Source: Iphione sp. A-MEVVRFRX5 (taxonomy: Eukaryota). From it: DNA of 64,000 bases. Below the pieces are notes generated by a model that did not search any database, was not told the origin of the DNA, and saw only the letters and a list, made by a program, of their open reading frames with translations. Position numbers and translations under genes: made by a program. Shown one piece after another: positions 13,201 to 28,100 of this stretch (positions are counted from its first letter, which is position 1; each line of letters opens with the position of its first letter). Location of the stretch: the NCBI GenBank assembly GCA_976226885.1, contig OZ320316.1, forward strand, positions 62,930,001 through 62,994,000. Direction: 5' to 3'.

Positions 13201-16200
13201 ATATATGCAAGTCGATGGGATGCTGCTTTCTTTGAAGCGAGTGGGTGGATATGTGATGTGAAAGTACGATATGAGTTTCTTCAAACTCAGTCGTCATGAA
13301 AGTGATCCATGAGGGGGAAAAAACTCGACCAGCATACGAGAGAACATACCAGAGCGGCTTTGGCGGGAAGCAGTGTAAAACACTGGAAGTTCAACAACAT
13401 GCGCCACAAGCTTAGCGTATTTTGTTATTCACGTACGTTCCCATGCGAAACAGGCGTCCCACAGCGCATAAAAGTAGCTAGAGGAGGGAAATTCTAGGAG
13501 AGTCTGTCTTCCTTTCACTCTGGAAAATTCCAGTTGTTTGCTGGTATGTATGTAAAATGTACATGCTACGGTCCTTGGGTCATTTTTGCCCACCAACAAC
13601 AGCAAAATTGTCAACTGTTCGTTTTTGATGGTGTATACAGGTACATATATACGAAGTCGGGGATTTTAATTGTACATACAGCTGTTTAGATTTTGATTGA
13701 TCTTTAAGATATGATGGTTTTATTGGATGTTTGGATAGATGGAGGTTGGTGGGGAGGGGGGCAGGTTTGACCAGCGGTGGTCGTGTGATCATTGATGGGT
13801 TTTGAAGGTACCGTACACTGCGGCGACATTTTCAGCATTGGCCAACATGTCCGACAGGTGCCCACAGCACCGCACTCATGCCGGCTCATTGAACCAAACA
13901 AGGTTGTTGATGAAGACCAGACCTGGCCACTACACCTCCCTCCAGGGCCGCATTCAGGACTGCATATAGCAGCAGAGATGGGAAGCTATAACCCTGAAGC
14001 CGCCGGACGTCAGTTGACTGAAGGCCGCGTGAAGGGGCTTCCCGGAGACTGCGCAACAGCTTGCTGGCTGTGCTCTATTTTAGTTTTTATTTGAATGAAT
14101 TTTGTTTGCTTCTTGGTTTGTTTGCTTGTTTTTTATCTACCGAGATGCTTTATAGATATAGGGGGCGACTGTGGAGGTGAGTAGAGAGGGGGAAGGGAGG
14201 CAGAATTAGCACTGGTTGTTCGATATATCATGCAGCCATCCTCCCGCTTTGTCCTGAAGAGGATCTAGTGATGTCTGTGAACGCATGTCAAGACTGCCTG
14301 CGACCAACTAATTGCCCGGCATGATTACCATTAATTAGTGGGATTAGACTGCCGCTTAGTGAATGACTTCCCTTCAGGCGCATTGAGCGCAAACAGAGGC
14401 ACATTAAATAATTCTTTATTTTCTTGTTTAAGTAGGTGGTTTATGTCTGTGCACTCAGTACCAACAGGTATGTTGGCCATCATACACCAAGTGTGATTTT
14501 TGTTGATTTCCATTATGAATACGGGGGACACTGCTCAATTTTCTTCTCGACTCGGAATAAACACACATCACCCATTGGGGGAGAAGTACTAGAGGTATTA
14601 CTTGTAAGAATTTAGTCTTTGATGATCGCGCGCCTTCATGCATGCTGACAAACAGATTGTCGTTAGTCTGTGTCTTCTCTAGTGGTGGCTTTACAAGGTA
14701 GAGCAAGGGTAGAGACACTCCCCTGGTAGGTATACTGGCGCCAGGCTGTCTCTTGGTGATGTCTAGACGAGCCCGCCCTGTGTGCCAACCTACAAGGGAC
14801 GGCTTTAACTTCGAACCCAATGACGCACAGTGAGCATATTACACGTACCGTACATATACATACTAGAGTCATTTGGTTTGATGGCGACGGTTGCAGTTTC
14901 GCATATGTTCGCACTTTCCCTAACCCAGGTGAACTGTTTGCATCTCCTCCACCAACCCACCCACTCACCCACCCAGCTACAGCCGTCACCACCGCCTTCC
15001 CTGTGGGGTAACTGAGTAAACACAGTGGGCCTCTGGGAACGTGTGCAAATTTCTCGAATTTGTGTATGGGAACTGTTCAGGAATGGAGCCTTTTAGTCAA
15101 GGGTCTTCTCACACCACTGGTACCCACTAGTCTCTGATAAATCGGTATCTAATAAAACACTATTGTTGTGTGGTCTCTGCCGGATACCCCCACGGCGACC
15201 GTCATTGAGACACCAGAGGCACTGCACAGTGGTGTCGTCCGTGGTGGAAGGCATTAATGGAGTCAGAGCACCAACGGGCTGGCCGTGAGGGCCGGTGCCT
15301 CCAGTATCTCTCTGGTTGAGGCCCAGTTCAAAAAGGGCCGAACAATGGCGGCACACTGGACACAAATCTTGTTAACTGCGTGACAATGGGTTTAGCATGG
15401 TCCTCGTAGCTATAAAGTCCGGAGGTTGGACGGAGCAAAGCAAAAAAGCACACCTTAGATTTTGGCCTTACCCTGGGGGGTTTGACTGCAAAGGAAGGTT
15501 TCTTTTAATTTGTCTCCTTAGTTAATTTCCTCCCCAAAGGCATTCATTAAGGAGACGTACCTTCGACCCTCCTTTAACGTGAGCGGTCCATAGGAGAAGC
15601 CTAAGCTCAGTAGCTCCACATAATGACAAGAACACAGTGCATGTGACGCCGTCCGAAGTAAGTAATCTCCGTGTAGGTTTCACCGATGAATCACGAGGTC
15701 CAATATCTGCCCGGTGTGTTTGGTCAGGCGTACGGGTAAACACACAGTGAGAGTTCTGCTCATACTCTATAGCTGCAAGGATTGCATTAGGTCACGAATA
15801 GCTCAGAGCAGCCAGGTCTGAATTAATCAACTCATATCAACTAATGTACCATGGTTGACAGTGCTCTAGACAGTAGTTGATGTGGCCTCTTACCGAGCTG
15901 CTATACGTAGTAAGGGTTTATTGGTAGTAGAAATCAGTTCGCCTTTGCTTTCCCAACCTCCCTGTAGATATCCTGGAAATAATTGCTTATTTCCAAGGTG
16001 ACTACTGGTGTCACTTGTTTGGTAATCATAATATACTCTATAGTGGTACAGATCATTACTAATGTGGCATTCCCTCGTGACGGCAAGGGGCACGCCGGCG
16101 CGATGTGGTGGTGGTCTCTTGAACCCCCCCCCCCCCTCCTCCGCCGACAAAGAGGAGGTCCCCTCCCCTACCTAGCAGACGTTTATGCCAGTCGGTTCTG

Positions 16201-17491
16201 TCAGGCTAGTCTAGGCATGCCCGACCGAGCTGTAAGTGCCCCCTCCCCTCCCTAGGCGCCCAGGTATGCGCACCGAGAACAGGTATGTATATAAGACAGG
16301 AAACTTTGTAGACCAAATATATATGGCTTCCGTCGATTCGAGTGTGAATAGCGTGTCCCGACTAAACAATATGAATTGTGTCGAGTGAAAATGTGCTGAT
16401 TCGATAATTTATGAAACAGATGACACCAATTCAACTGTGCTCTAGTCAACGGAGTGTATACCAAGACGGACTGTATAGAATGTGAGATTTTCATGATTGA
16501 CAGCTGTTTTTCTTTTTTTTTTTTTAATTCGAACTGTTTGACATAATCAGGCGAATACAGCTGCCAGGTAAAAAGGTTTCCTCGATGAATTTTCAAAGGG
16601 ATTCGCTTTGGGTTTTCTAGAATTACTTCCACCCGCTCGGGGCTTAGCTTCATTGTTCGTCGCTCGTTAACTATACAGTCGTTTGTCCTAAACTGAGCAC
16701 TGTCACTCAGGGTCGCAGCAGGCCACGCCCTGTTACACGCCCCGTGAGAGTGATCCGCGGCAACTTCAAAGGACTCCAAGGTGGTTTACCTTCCAAGGTT
16801 TGCCACCCGCATTGGGCCAACTGACACCCCTGAACGTTGTTCCTTGTGCGCCGTGGCCCCGACGTGTGATTTGATGATACGTCTAGGTGTACGGCGGTTA
16901 TTTCCCCGGCTGACTGTAGTATAGCTGAATTTATCCTTGTGGTCCATTGCTGGAGGGGATGGGAGCGTTAGCCATTTCGTTTTTAGACCGAGGCGATCAA
17001 AAATGCTCTTGACAAGAATGAGAAAAAGCCTCTACGAATTAAGTTAGAAGTTGTAGCTGGAGGCTACAATAACGCCTCCTAGTGACAAACTTGTCAGCAG
17101 AGAAGCGAGCAGCGTAGCTCGGCCGCCACCTATTTCTAAATTCATAAGTCTGGCCGGTGGAAATGACAGGGTGCTGAAGAACACCATGTCCAGATGTCAG
17201 GGCTGTCCATTGGGTCCTTGTCGCACTCAGCACGGTGCCTGATGGCAGTTTGTCCATCATACTTGTGTAGAGGGACAGTCCCACGCTCTAAAACCACTGC
17301 CCTGTAGGACGATCTTACCGACCATCGATGGCTTAAATCTGCAAGGAACCATGTCTGTGTGAATCTGCTTTCTCTTTTCGATAAAATGCATTCGGAAAGA
17401 GGGTTAACCTTCACTTGTGTTTTGTTTTTAATCGCTCATTATTACTGTTCACTGTTTAAATTAAAATGATTTAGGCAACACGTTAAAGCTA

Positions 17492-17515
17492 TTTTTCTTC
17501 TCCTTTCAGGTAAGT
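17492..17515 (+). other. Candidate recursive splice site RS2
   Basis: 16/16 pyrimidines tttttcttctcctttc-AG|GTAAGT; AG at 17508-17509. Confidence 0.72.
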
Positions 17516-20447
17516 TAACGCTGCCAGATCGTATAGAGTGGTCCAAATCAAGCGAAGGTAATTGCTATTTTTAGTACAGACGGAGAGGGAAAATTCAACT
17601 CGGCCTGAAAAAAAACAACATATTTTAGTGCAGTGTCAAATGCACAACATACCATGGGAAGGACGACGGTGCTTTGCCCTCACCATTATTTCAGGGAGAG
17701 AATGTTAAGGCCTGTCAGCGAGTGTTATTTCAGCAAATCATCTGTATGTTCTCCTTATGCTCGTGGCGTTTATGGCAGGTCACTGTGAAGTTTGAGTGCC
17801 ACTTATGTTTTGAAATAAGTAGGATTGTATGTGGCTGTGCTTCCCTGGTTAACAGTTCTAGACAAACTATTTGTGCAGTTATGGTCCTTACCTTTGGGAG
17901 GAATGAGCTGAAATATTCCCGACAAGGGCGGTCGCAGGAATGTTAATCTTCAAATCATTATTATATTTTCACCTGGGCCAGTCGTAGTGCTCGAGATTGA
18001 CCAAAGAACTGCATGCTTACCGATGGCAATATTTTTCATGGGCCAGTTTTTTCTTCGTTCCGACTCATAATTTGAGCACATCACTTAAACTGGTTAGACT
18101 TTCTAAAAGTAGATAAGTTGCCATGTGAATGATATATATTAAGTACAGGAATATTAGCTTTCTCGTGAAGATTAAAATTGTTAAAAACAGGGGCAGTTCT
18201 TTCCCAAAGGGTGCATTGGTCGGACCACACCTCCTTTTATGGCAATAACTTGCTGTGCAAGAATGCGAGTAAATGCTAAAAGAGTTTTGATCGTATCTCT
18301 ATAATTACAAGTCGTTATTATTATATTTTTGTAGTGCATGGGTGCCACAGAGATAAATCTTGATTATCTTTGTCTTTTTTGGTTGAACAATTACGGTTCA
18401 TTTTTGAAATGATTTCTTCCTCTTTACAGTACATGATCTGCGAACATTTTCACAAGCACATGGAGATTATGTTTCAGTAGAAATAACTCTAGCCATAAAT
18501 GATCGAAATGTTTAATATTAATGGCCCCAAAATACAACAATTCTGTTGCTAGCATCTTTCTCTTAGTGAATGCTTGTCTCTCAGATAGCCATATTCTCTC
18601 AGCTATCACTTATCTTTTTGCACACATGTACTTTTGATGGTTCTACTTGCAACTAATTTTTAGAAATTCATTCTGGTAATCATCCAAAAATGAACGGGAA
18701 TAGCGTCTATGGCCGGCAATTCAGTTTGCCTCACACGAGACGTCGAAAAAATATAAAATATAGAACACCTTTACTCCCCTTGTACAATACATGTACTATA
18801 GTGATGTTTTGAATTAAGGGTAAGGGAAGGCAGCGCTATTAGAATTGATCGCATTCAAGAGTTGAAAGATGATGCGTGAAAAGACGTGTACAAATATCTT
18901 GTAACACACACCATCTCGGTGTACGTTTGCACACAGATCGCTGTAGCAAAAGAGAAGGAACGACGTGCGTGTGACCTACTGAACCCAAGCGACGTGGTAA
19001 AGGTGGATGAGTTACCCTCGTGTACCTTCAGGTAAAGATCGATACTTTCCTGCAGGTACCGAAGTGGCGAACAAAGTGTTACTGCTGGTAGAGAGACACG
19101 GGTGACGCCATCCTTTCATTCTTGTCTATCGGTTGGCTTAGCTAACACACCTTGCCCCGCAGGGTTACGGGCTGTGAACACGCCTGACGTGCCCCCTGAA
19201 CAGACATTTTGCTCTTTTGTTCTGTGTTCTTTGGCCACAGCGTTTCGTTACGTTGGCATTGTAGAGCTGCCGCTACAGGCATGACCTGGCAGAGCAACAG
19301 AGAGCAGAATACGAGGCACCTTAAAGGCCAGCTCACTTCAACCCACTGGCCGAGGCTAGTGATGTTTAAAACGCACTCATTTATATTGGCATGACAGGAG
19401 ATGTAGGGATTATTTATGCCTCATAAATTTATATACTGCTTAGTAGGGTGGTCTATGACCTTATGCCCGCGGTACAAGTCCTATTTTAAATTGACGTGAG
19501 TCCTACGTGATTCTACTTACCTCAACTCCAAAACCCATTTCAGGTACAATAGTGTGATCACAGAACGCCACAGGGCAAGAGCTGAAACGTCACTACATGT
19601 ATATCTTTCTGGGACCATATGAAATTTTGTCCGTCTCCGTGCTCCGCTGCTCACAGTAATAGCATATCATATTTGCATTTCCAAATATGAACACTGTTCA
19701 TACTTTGAACATTAGGTGGATTTTGGAATGCCTTGTCGCTGCGTTCTTTCCACCACAATAGAATATGGACTGTGTTTCTCTATGATATGAGAGATGTAGC
19801 ATTCTGTATTTCCCTGTTGATTTTATGGAGAATGAGCTTCTGATACTTTCACATTCTTGCACACTGACATAGACATGTCTGTCATACCCCACCCTTAACA
19901 ACCTGCTTATCCTTCTCCAGCTACCTCACTTACCATAACTTACATTACAACTGTCAGTGAGGAGCAAGGGGCGTACCCTGTGCCAGGCCATGGTCTGAGG
20001 CCTTCTCATTAAGCCTGGCGAAATATTTCGTGTTTGTGAGCACCAGTGATACATACAAAACCCTCCCTGTCTAATGCCCCAGTGGCAAAAAGAGAAACAG
20101 ATGGAATCGGCGTGTCGGATGTCATACAGAATACTCTCAGCGCCTCGTACATCTCAGGGCTTTCGAGGACGTTTGGCTAATTCAGTGCATCCTGGCAAAG
20201 AAGGTCTCTTACTGGAAATCCGAAGATATACGGCAGGAACGTGTTTGCAGCTCCTGTTTTTTTTTCACTTTGGGTACGTGTATATCACGATGCTGGGCCT
20301 GTGGGTGTGAATTTCAGCAGCTCACACAACGACTGTCTTGATACTGTTGAAGCCGCCGTGGGAAAAGCCATAACGTTCTAGTGAGGGATCAAGATAGAGA
20401 TTCTCTAAATATCCAGACTGGTAGTCGTATACCCTCATGTGTCTATC

Positions 20448-20657
20448 NNNNNNNNNNNNNNNNNNNNNNNNNNNNNNNNNNNNNNNNNNNNNNNNNNNNN
20501 NNNNNNNNNNNNNNNNNNNNNNNNNNNNNNNNNNNNNNNNNNNNNNNNNNNNNNNNNNNNNNNNNNNNNNNNNNNNNNNNNNNNNNNNNNNNNNNNNNNN
20601 NNNNNNNNNNNNNNNNNNNNNNNNNNNNNNNNNNNNNNNNNNNNNNNNNNNNNNNNN
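20448..20657. other. Assembly gap (N)
   Basis: 210 N. Confidence 1.
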
Positions 20658-23600
20658 CACACCAGCAGCTAGGACGGCACGGCTGGCTGAGTTTTCTGGG
20701 TTTATCGTAAGTGTAGTCCTCTCTAGGTCCACGGGTCCGACCTGTACCTGTGCACACATATCTGGCGGCCACATCCTGACGAAACGGCTAATCCCAATGA
20801 CAAACACAGCCAGGCATAGAGTGTTGGGCAGACGGAACGAACAACTTGGCAAGAAAACCGGGACACATTCTGCAAGCATCTGGATCGCACAAAAGCTTCG
20901 GTTCCGTGCCTGCTGAGTAATTAAGACCTAAATAAACGTACATTTTTGGATGTATGTAATTAGATCATTGCTACTCGATCTCTACACTATTTGTCACCCG
21001 GTAATATATGTATTCACGGCATGGCGCGAATCGTCCACTATGAATAGTAATGATCATATTGTGCATACCCCCAATCTGTGTTGGACAGCAGTCCCAGTAT
21101 GCGGGTGACACATTTCATGACTAACTGTGAAACTACTGCACGTAGCACTCCTCACTGCATGTCTTGTCACCGCCTCTTTACTGTCATGCTGAAAACTGGT
21201 GTGCGTACGAAAATGAATGCTTCAATCATGAGTGTGGTATATAGGCCCCGCCATATGCCGAACATTTGTCTTGTACGACTTTGGGTAGGCAGGCGGGAAG
21301 GTCACTATGCTTGTAGAAAATGTTTAATAGATAGGTAACCCTGCATTACCAAAGTCATCATGTCATTGGTGGTAAAGTTAGATAGGTCATCGCTATTTTT
21401 TCACGGGGGTGGGTGGGTAAGTAGCCAGATCAGTAGGTTACAATGTATGCTGTGCCTGCATGTACATTAACATTAGTAGGAATGGTGATACCCAGTACCC
21501 TGGTTGGCAGGTTATTGCGTATGTTGGTGTGGGATGGTGGGGGTGGGTTACTTAGTACATTCGAGGATTTATCATCAGCGTACCCATATAGGCCGTCGTA
21601 GTCATAGTAAACTATATTAAGTTAACGAGCAAAGGAAATGAGCTCAATCTTTGTACCAAGTTGCTATTAAGTGCTATAGAAGGAACATTTATTTTTCTTT
21701 ATGCCAGTCATTCTTGTGGGCATATATATTTCTGAACGTCTACTTTCAGCCTTCTTAAATTAGTGTCTCGGGTCGCCAATTGATTGGCGAAAGATTCCGA
21801 CTGTAGTCTAGTACCAATAGATTGTCGAAGAAGAACACGAACGGCAGCTACAGGTCTTGGACCTTTTTGCGTGCGTATGCTATTTATTCTTAGCGACGGG
21901 GAATACCTAACATTCTGCTAATCCATCTCGCCAAACCTGCCTGTTTGTGCTAATCAAGAATGACATGCACCACCAACAAGGCCCTAGCAATGAAGCATAT
22001 TTTTATGAGTTGGTTAATTATTCCATATTGTCACATAACACATTCCAGCCGGGCTTGAAGTAACAGATACAGGCGAGAGACATCGTCGTTGATCATCCCT
22101 GATTAATGGCTTCAGAGGAGGACCCTTCGACTTCAAAACATCTTCCATGAAGTTACAAGAAAATCTTCACACATACATATTCCGTAGAGTCGTTTCCAGA
22201 CCTAAATCCAAATCTTGATGAGCGATGTTACAGCTAGTTGCCTCATATTAATGCAAGAGCCCCTCCCCCTCGTCCTCCTTTTTTTTGACGGGAGGATCCC
22301 AATGTACACATGAATGTAGATGAAATAGTGCTTGTATATCTTGTAAGGGTTAATATCACTGGGCCAGTGTTGGGTGGCACGCGTTGCGGGGTGTCCTCCG
22401 GGATCAAGTGTGCCTCGTTTTTCAGGTGAGAACAGTCACCTATGACGAGTCCTCTACCTCATCCATCAAGTTGTCCTCTCTTGTGGGCCCGTTTAATGTA
22501 TGGCTCCAGTCTAATCTATATTGGCGCAGCGTCACAAATACTTACCTTTATCTGTCTCTTCTGTGAAACGGAGGGCATCAGAGGCATGTTGTCAGCTTAA
22601 GGCACGACCAAGCCGTCGGGCGCCCCTGATAACTTATGGCTTCACATAGTGGAGATGGGGACCAACGAGTGGTCTCTTGTCTCCTTCAACCTCTCCCCCA
22701 TCACCATTTACCGCCCATTGGCGCATAATCTCTGAAGGGACTCTTCTTTTGAGGAAGCCGTTTCTTTTGGAAATCATCCGTCTAATTATTCACAGCTCAG
22801 GAATCAAATGAAAATGATAAGATTCTACTTTGTAAAGTAGCCCCTCCCCCCGTTTTAGTGGGCTACAAGAAAGGAGAAGACCCGCCGTTTCGTTCGCTGA
22901 TCACATCGGGATGTGACCCACATGAAAACTTGCATTTTGCAGCGGGTTTTCGGAGTTACGACCCTGTCTGGCAATTCGGCGCGAACATACCGAAGTAAAG
23001 AGTAAATGATCGTATGTGTACAGTTACCAGCATTAACAAATTGTCGCTACTTGATGAAGATAATCCGCAATCGATTGTTTTTATGTCACTATCGGGTCGA
23101 ACAAAACTACTATGTGACACTGAACATTCGATTGCAGTACATCAACGATTGCAGGAGGGTGCGCCTCTGACATAAAGGAGCCATATCGGAAAGTGATGCG
23201 TTTCATATGAATTTGCAAGTCAAAGCTCCTATGACATTATTCAAGTAACCGTGGCTATAAAAGGGTGGCCTCACCTTAAAGGGCCTGTGTACAAGGGCTT
23301 TCGTTCGGTCCCGCGGTGTATGAATGTCAACAGGCAGAGGTTATTTGTTTAACCAGAACCATTGTTGTCACAGGTTTTGTGGTAATTCTAGTCAACTGAA
23401 CTCCAAAGAAAACAAATCATTCAACCGTGAAAAGTAAGAAGAAAATTCCATTATAAGAGAAGGTTTATTTTATTTCTTTTCTTCATTGAAAGAACAAGCA
23501 AAGAGGTCAGAGAAGTTTAGAGTGGCTTTGAGAACAGCTAGTAGTCTACGAAATGCGGAATTGGACGTTTCTTCAACCGTTTTACCAGGCACATGCGCTA

Positions 23601-24584
23601 AAAAGAATAGTATTTGACGAATATCGGGGGACGTGGCAGGTGGCCGTGATCTCGACTAATGCCCTCAGCCCGGCGCAGACGACATTCATTGAACGAGGAT
23701 CCCTTCATCTGGGTCATGTTTGCACAAGTCTATGCATTCCGCTGGTTCTGCACCACTGCCTCGGCCAGGACCTCCTTAACATTGATATGATAGACTATCT
23801 AATGGTAAAGGTATGGAGTGTACTCCCGAGTACAGGCGCAAGTGGAAATGTGCCGGCATAGACGTGGGCGACTGGATTTGGATGTGAAATACAATATTCG
23901 TGTCAACAGGGGGCGCCATGGAATCCTGCTTGAGTAGGAGAAGCAGCGTGCTGTCTGAGGCGCATCATATCTCTGGGGCCTCCAGAAAGGGAATACAACT
24001 TTTCATGACAGTTATGCAGGTGTTGAGCGTGGTGTGAGCCCTGTGCTATGACTCTAGAATTATCTTGTCAGATGTGTGCAGGAAACTGCTTCGAGATGTT
24101 GATTTTAAATTGTGAAACCTGATATTTGCGAATGATTTAGTAGCATTTTGCTCGTAGACCCAACGTAAAGGGAGTATTGTATAAATAATAAGGCCCCTAC
24201 ATTTACCTATTGGTCAGCCCGTTCTGTGACAGTATTAGTTCTCATTTGAAGCTCTCAACTCGAGTATTTGCTTTCGATGGAGCGGTGGCCTTTGGTGAAA
24301 AAAAGAAATAGCTGCATGCCTCAGAGGATTACCAGCATATGAAAGCACGGCGTCTGCGTGTCTGAAATATTACCCATTACTTGACACCTCCAAGTACCTA
24401 CTAATACAAACGTACGGAAATTTAGCTTGTTACTGAGTTTATAATTGGATGTAGCCTTCACAGAGTCAAAGATTACCTTCATACCTTCCACAAGTATTTG
24501 TAACCGTGTTTTCCTGCCATGGGGCAGTTGGGTCTTTCTAGATATGTTTGTGTGTTTCTCACACTTTCCCACAGTGTGAATTAA

Positions 24585-25168
24585 GGCTGGGTTTCCATGA
24601 AAATTTGTAGGTGTGTTTGCATGTTTGTAAGTGCATGCTATGTCCTATGTTTTCATTGTATTTTCATGTTACGTATCTATTCACGACAATAGTCTCCCCA
24701 AAACACACTGCAAACTTGTGCCACTTTCATGGCAGAATTGGACAAGTCCCATTCTGGAAACATGGAGCACAGATACATGGAGCATGTGTCACGGCCCAGA
24801 CCTATGTGGATGCACACATGTATATTCACGCATTAAAAAACATGCTGCAAAAACACCTACACAGCACATGCCTACAAGCTTACATGAAAACCCAGCCTAA
24901 GGGCCTCTTTCCATGGGTACACTATGCACACATGGGGAGGCTGATGATATTATAGTACCTATGGATGTTCATACATGTCCTGTTCTGCACTGCTACACAT
25001 CGCAGTTCGGGGAAACTGGACTACTCACCGATTGATCCACATGTCACATCCTGCAATGTGTAAACTACACACACATGGGTAGGGTGCTGTAAAATGTATA
25101 CTCTCGTTTGTCCCACAGTCCCAGCTCTAGATACATATGCGTAAACTATGTAAACATGGAGAGAGCCC
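24585..25168. mobile_element. MITE, Kolobok- or Harbinger-like
   Basis: TTAA on both flanks (24581-84, 25169-72); imperfect TIRs ggctgggtttccatg / catggagagagccc; non-coding interior rich in CATG/CACAT. Confidence 0.5.
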
Positions 25169-28100
25169 TTAAGGGTAACTACAAAAGCATGTTCACATAT
25201 GTAACAAGGTTGTCATTAGTGTTAGAGGAAATATGTCGTTGTGGATATTTCATTCGGTTTGGTGCCTATTCCTAGTGCAGACGTTTCCACATTCCCCCTT
25301 CAAGTGTCATTCCCCATTCAACGACAGATGGAAATTAGATACATCGCCATATAGAATTTCAGTTTTTTTGCCCTGTCATAATGACAGGCAAGCAGCATCG
25401 GATCACAAGCCTTCATGGAACAATCAACTTCCGACACAAATGACATACTGAGGCAGTGTAATACCGGTATTGTTGTCTAAGATGTCAGCAGAAGGTCGAG
25501 GTCTCGGCAGGAGAACAAGGTAGATACCTGAGGCAGGTAGAAATAATGTCAGAGAGGGGTCGCCCCGAATACCGTGGTTCGGTGTATGGTGACAGCATGT
25601 GCATTATTATTTATAATACCGGCTCTTCTGTTCTCTGTCATAGAATGAGGTCCGCTCCATGCAGTACTAAAGCACAGTCGTCGCGCATGCAGCCTTGTCC
25701 TTTTACAAGACCACGGTTTTTTTTTAAGTAGAAGGTCATTTCACAAGCAAATTTTAACTAATTGTGTCAGGGGCTCGGATATGAAAAGGCAACATTCTCT
25801 GTTGAGCCATGTAATCCGTCTATAGGAAAGTGACTCTGAAAATAGGCGGAAAGCCCCCGCAACAGATCTCCAATGTTGCAGCAGAGGATGATGTGCTGGT
25901 CAGATTATATCGAAAGAGAGGGACGATGATATGGATTGATGTTCCGTTTCCCATTCATGTAAACACCTAGATCAAAACAGAGGCCTTGCGACTTTCACCA
26001 CGGTCGTTCCAATCTCATGATCCTTTTAACATGCAAACACCCATTGATTTGTTTATGTGCATGTAGATAAAAAAATGGTTGAAGGTATTGTGCCTGTCGT
26101 AACCTTCCGTGGGACTCCAAACGCAGATAACCGTTTACTAAGTAATATCAGGTAAGGCACTATCATAGAAAGTTTCTTTCATTGTCATTTCAAAGGCAGG
26201 GAGGCCTGTGTTCATCAAATGTCATCTTCCCATCCATGGTTGATAGTGGAGAAAAGTGTGTTGCCCACCATCTGTTAGTGTCGGCATTTTGCTTGACCAT
26301 TATCTATTCTCATCTGTCACACAGGTCGTAAATGGTCGTGAAAGAACCATTGAGATGTATCTGTATATTAGGTTAAATGTATCTGGCATTCTTCTCCTTG
26401 GAAAAAAAATTTCACGACACTTCATTTTAACCAGTTTATTTTTGACAATATAAATTCCTGTACTAGGCAAAAGTTGTCAAGCAACTGTGTAGACATACAC
26501 ATTTTATTTTACTGACATGTTCCTATCCTTTGCTTAGAGATTTAGTTGTTCTTTGAAGTAAAGTGCCCTGCCCTGGTTTCTATTATTTATTAATAAATTG
26601 CGTCAACATGTATTCCATATACATGTACGTGTATATTTACTATAGATCTTGAAGGGAAGGATGGTTACATTTCTACAAGGCATAATTGCTGGTACTTTTT
26701 AATAATTTTCGACACACTTTTGTGTGTTTGATCAGAATCAAGCATCCTACTGATTATATACATGGAGACCTGGTTTGGATTTGTCTCAGAATGCAAATCA
26801 AAGAAACAATTATCAAGAGGAAATGACGAGGTCGTAAATCATTCTACCCTCATGCAATGCCGTCTGCCATTTTATTTTGCTCCAGTTCTCTCGGTTCTTG
26901 CAGTGCAGGGAAAAACTCCACAAACGGAACGAGCTTTCTATTTTGCTTTTGATTTCTTTGATCTTTTTTTCTAGTTTATAGTGCATGTTCCTCATCCCTG
27001 GTCGAACAGAACTCTTTTATCGCTGCATAAGCGAGCTGCTCTCCAGGGCAGTCCCCCTGGGCAGATATTTGACCCCTCAGAAGGGTTCTGGGCATGTGCA
27101 GGGGCACCGACGCGTTGAACACTGCCAGGACTCGCCGTTACTTTCAGCTCCGGTTTCCCGGCCTGGTTAATTGGAATCAGGCCCCGGCTACCAACACATA
27201 CACATATGTATTCTCTCGACGGTTCCAGAGGCAGGGCTGCAGGGGAGTAGAGAAGAAATGCGGTCAGGGAAAAATAGGTACAATGTAGATCTTTACCAAT
27301 AAATGGCAATCTCCAAATAATCATAATGGGATGATGTCGTTTTGCAATTAACATCGCTGTATCTAGTGTCCTCGTCAGTAAAACACTATACACAGACCAT
27401 GTTTTTAATTCCCCCCCCCCTACTCCCCCGTACGCCCACAGAGATGCTATTGTTGTGCCCCATGTCTGTCTGCGTGGTTAGAATTCATTCAAGTTGGCAT
27501 TCTCGTGCGAGGGCGCACATTTATCGCAGCTGTGTTTTCTGCTTCTTTTTAAGAGCCTTGACAATTTGTACTGCGAGTGGTCCCCATAGATCCTCCTGAG
27601 AAAAACTCCACGTGAGCTATGGCTGTAGGAGGACGGCGACTCTAATGGGCTCTCTTGCACCTTGGGCAGTAGACTTAATGCCAGGGTGCGTGCCTTATTA
27701 TGGTCCACCCGGCACAAGAAGTGACTTCGTCAGACGATGCCTCTTGCCAAACGATTAACTTGGCAATTGTTTCTGATTGCCGAACCCTACGGCAAAGGCA
27801 AGGGGTCCTGATGAGCAGATGATTAAGACTTTTTCTACACCCGTGTGACTTCTTTTTTGTTTGAGATTCAGTTTTCCAGCAACTGCATGCATCTTCTACC
27901 ATCGGAGTTGATCACAAGGTTGTTACTGTTATAGTAGGACTAAGCTTATAGGAGCAGTGGAAAGGGGATCGTTGTATTACACCCTGTTTGTCCTCATCTT
28001 GGATGAAGAAATAAAAAAATATCCTACAGTAATAGGTATACTACTCTGAGTTCGCCTCCACACCTCCCTCAATGGGTTTATTTTGATGCCATTTACAGTG

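Noticed and set aside
20661-20729. Minus-strand peptide DLERTTLTINPENSASRAVLAAG resembling the RimJ/RimL GNAT C-terminal motif
   Set aside because: The upstream acetyl-CoA-binding motif is absent in all frames I read, and the ORF only continues through an N gap. It is probably chance; closing the gap and an HMM search would settle it.
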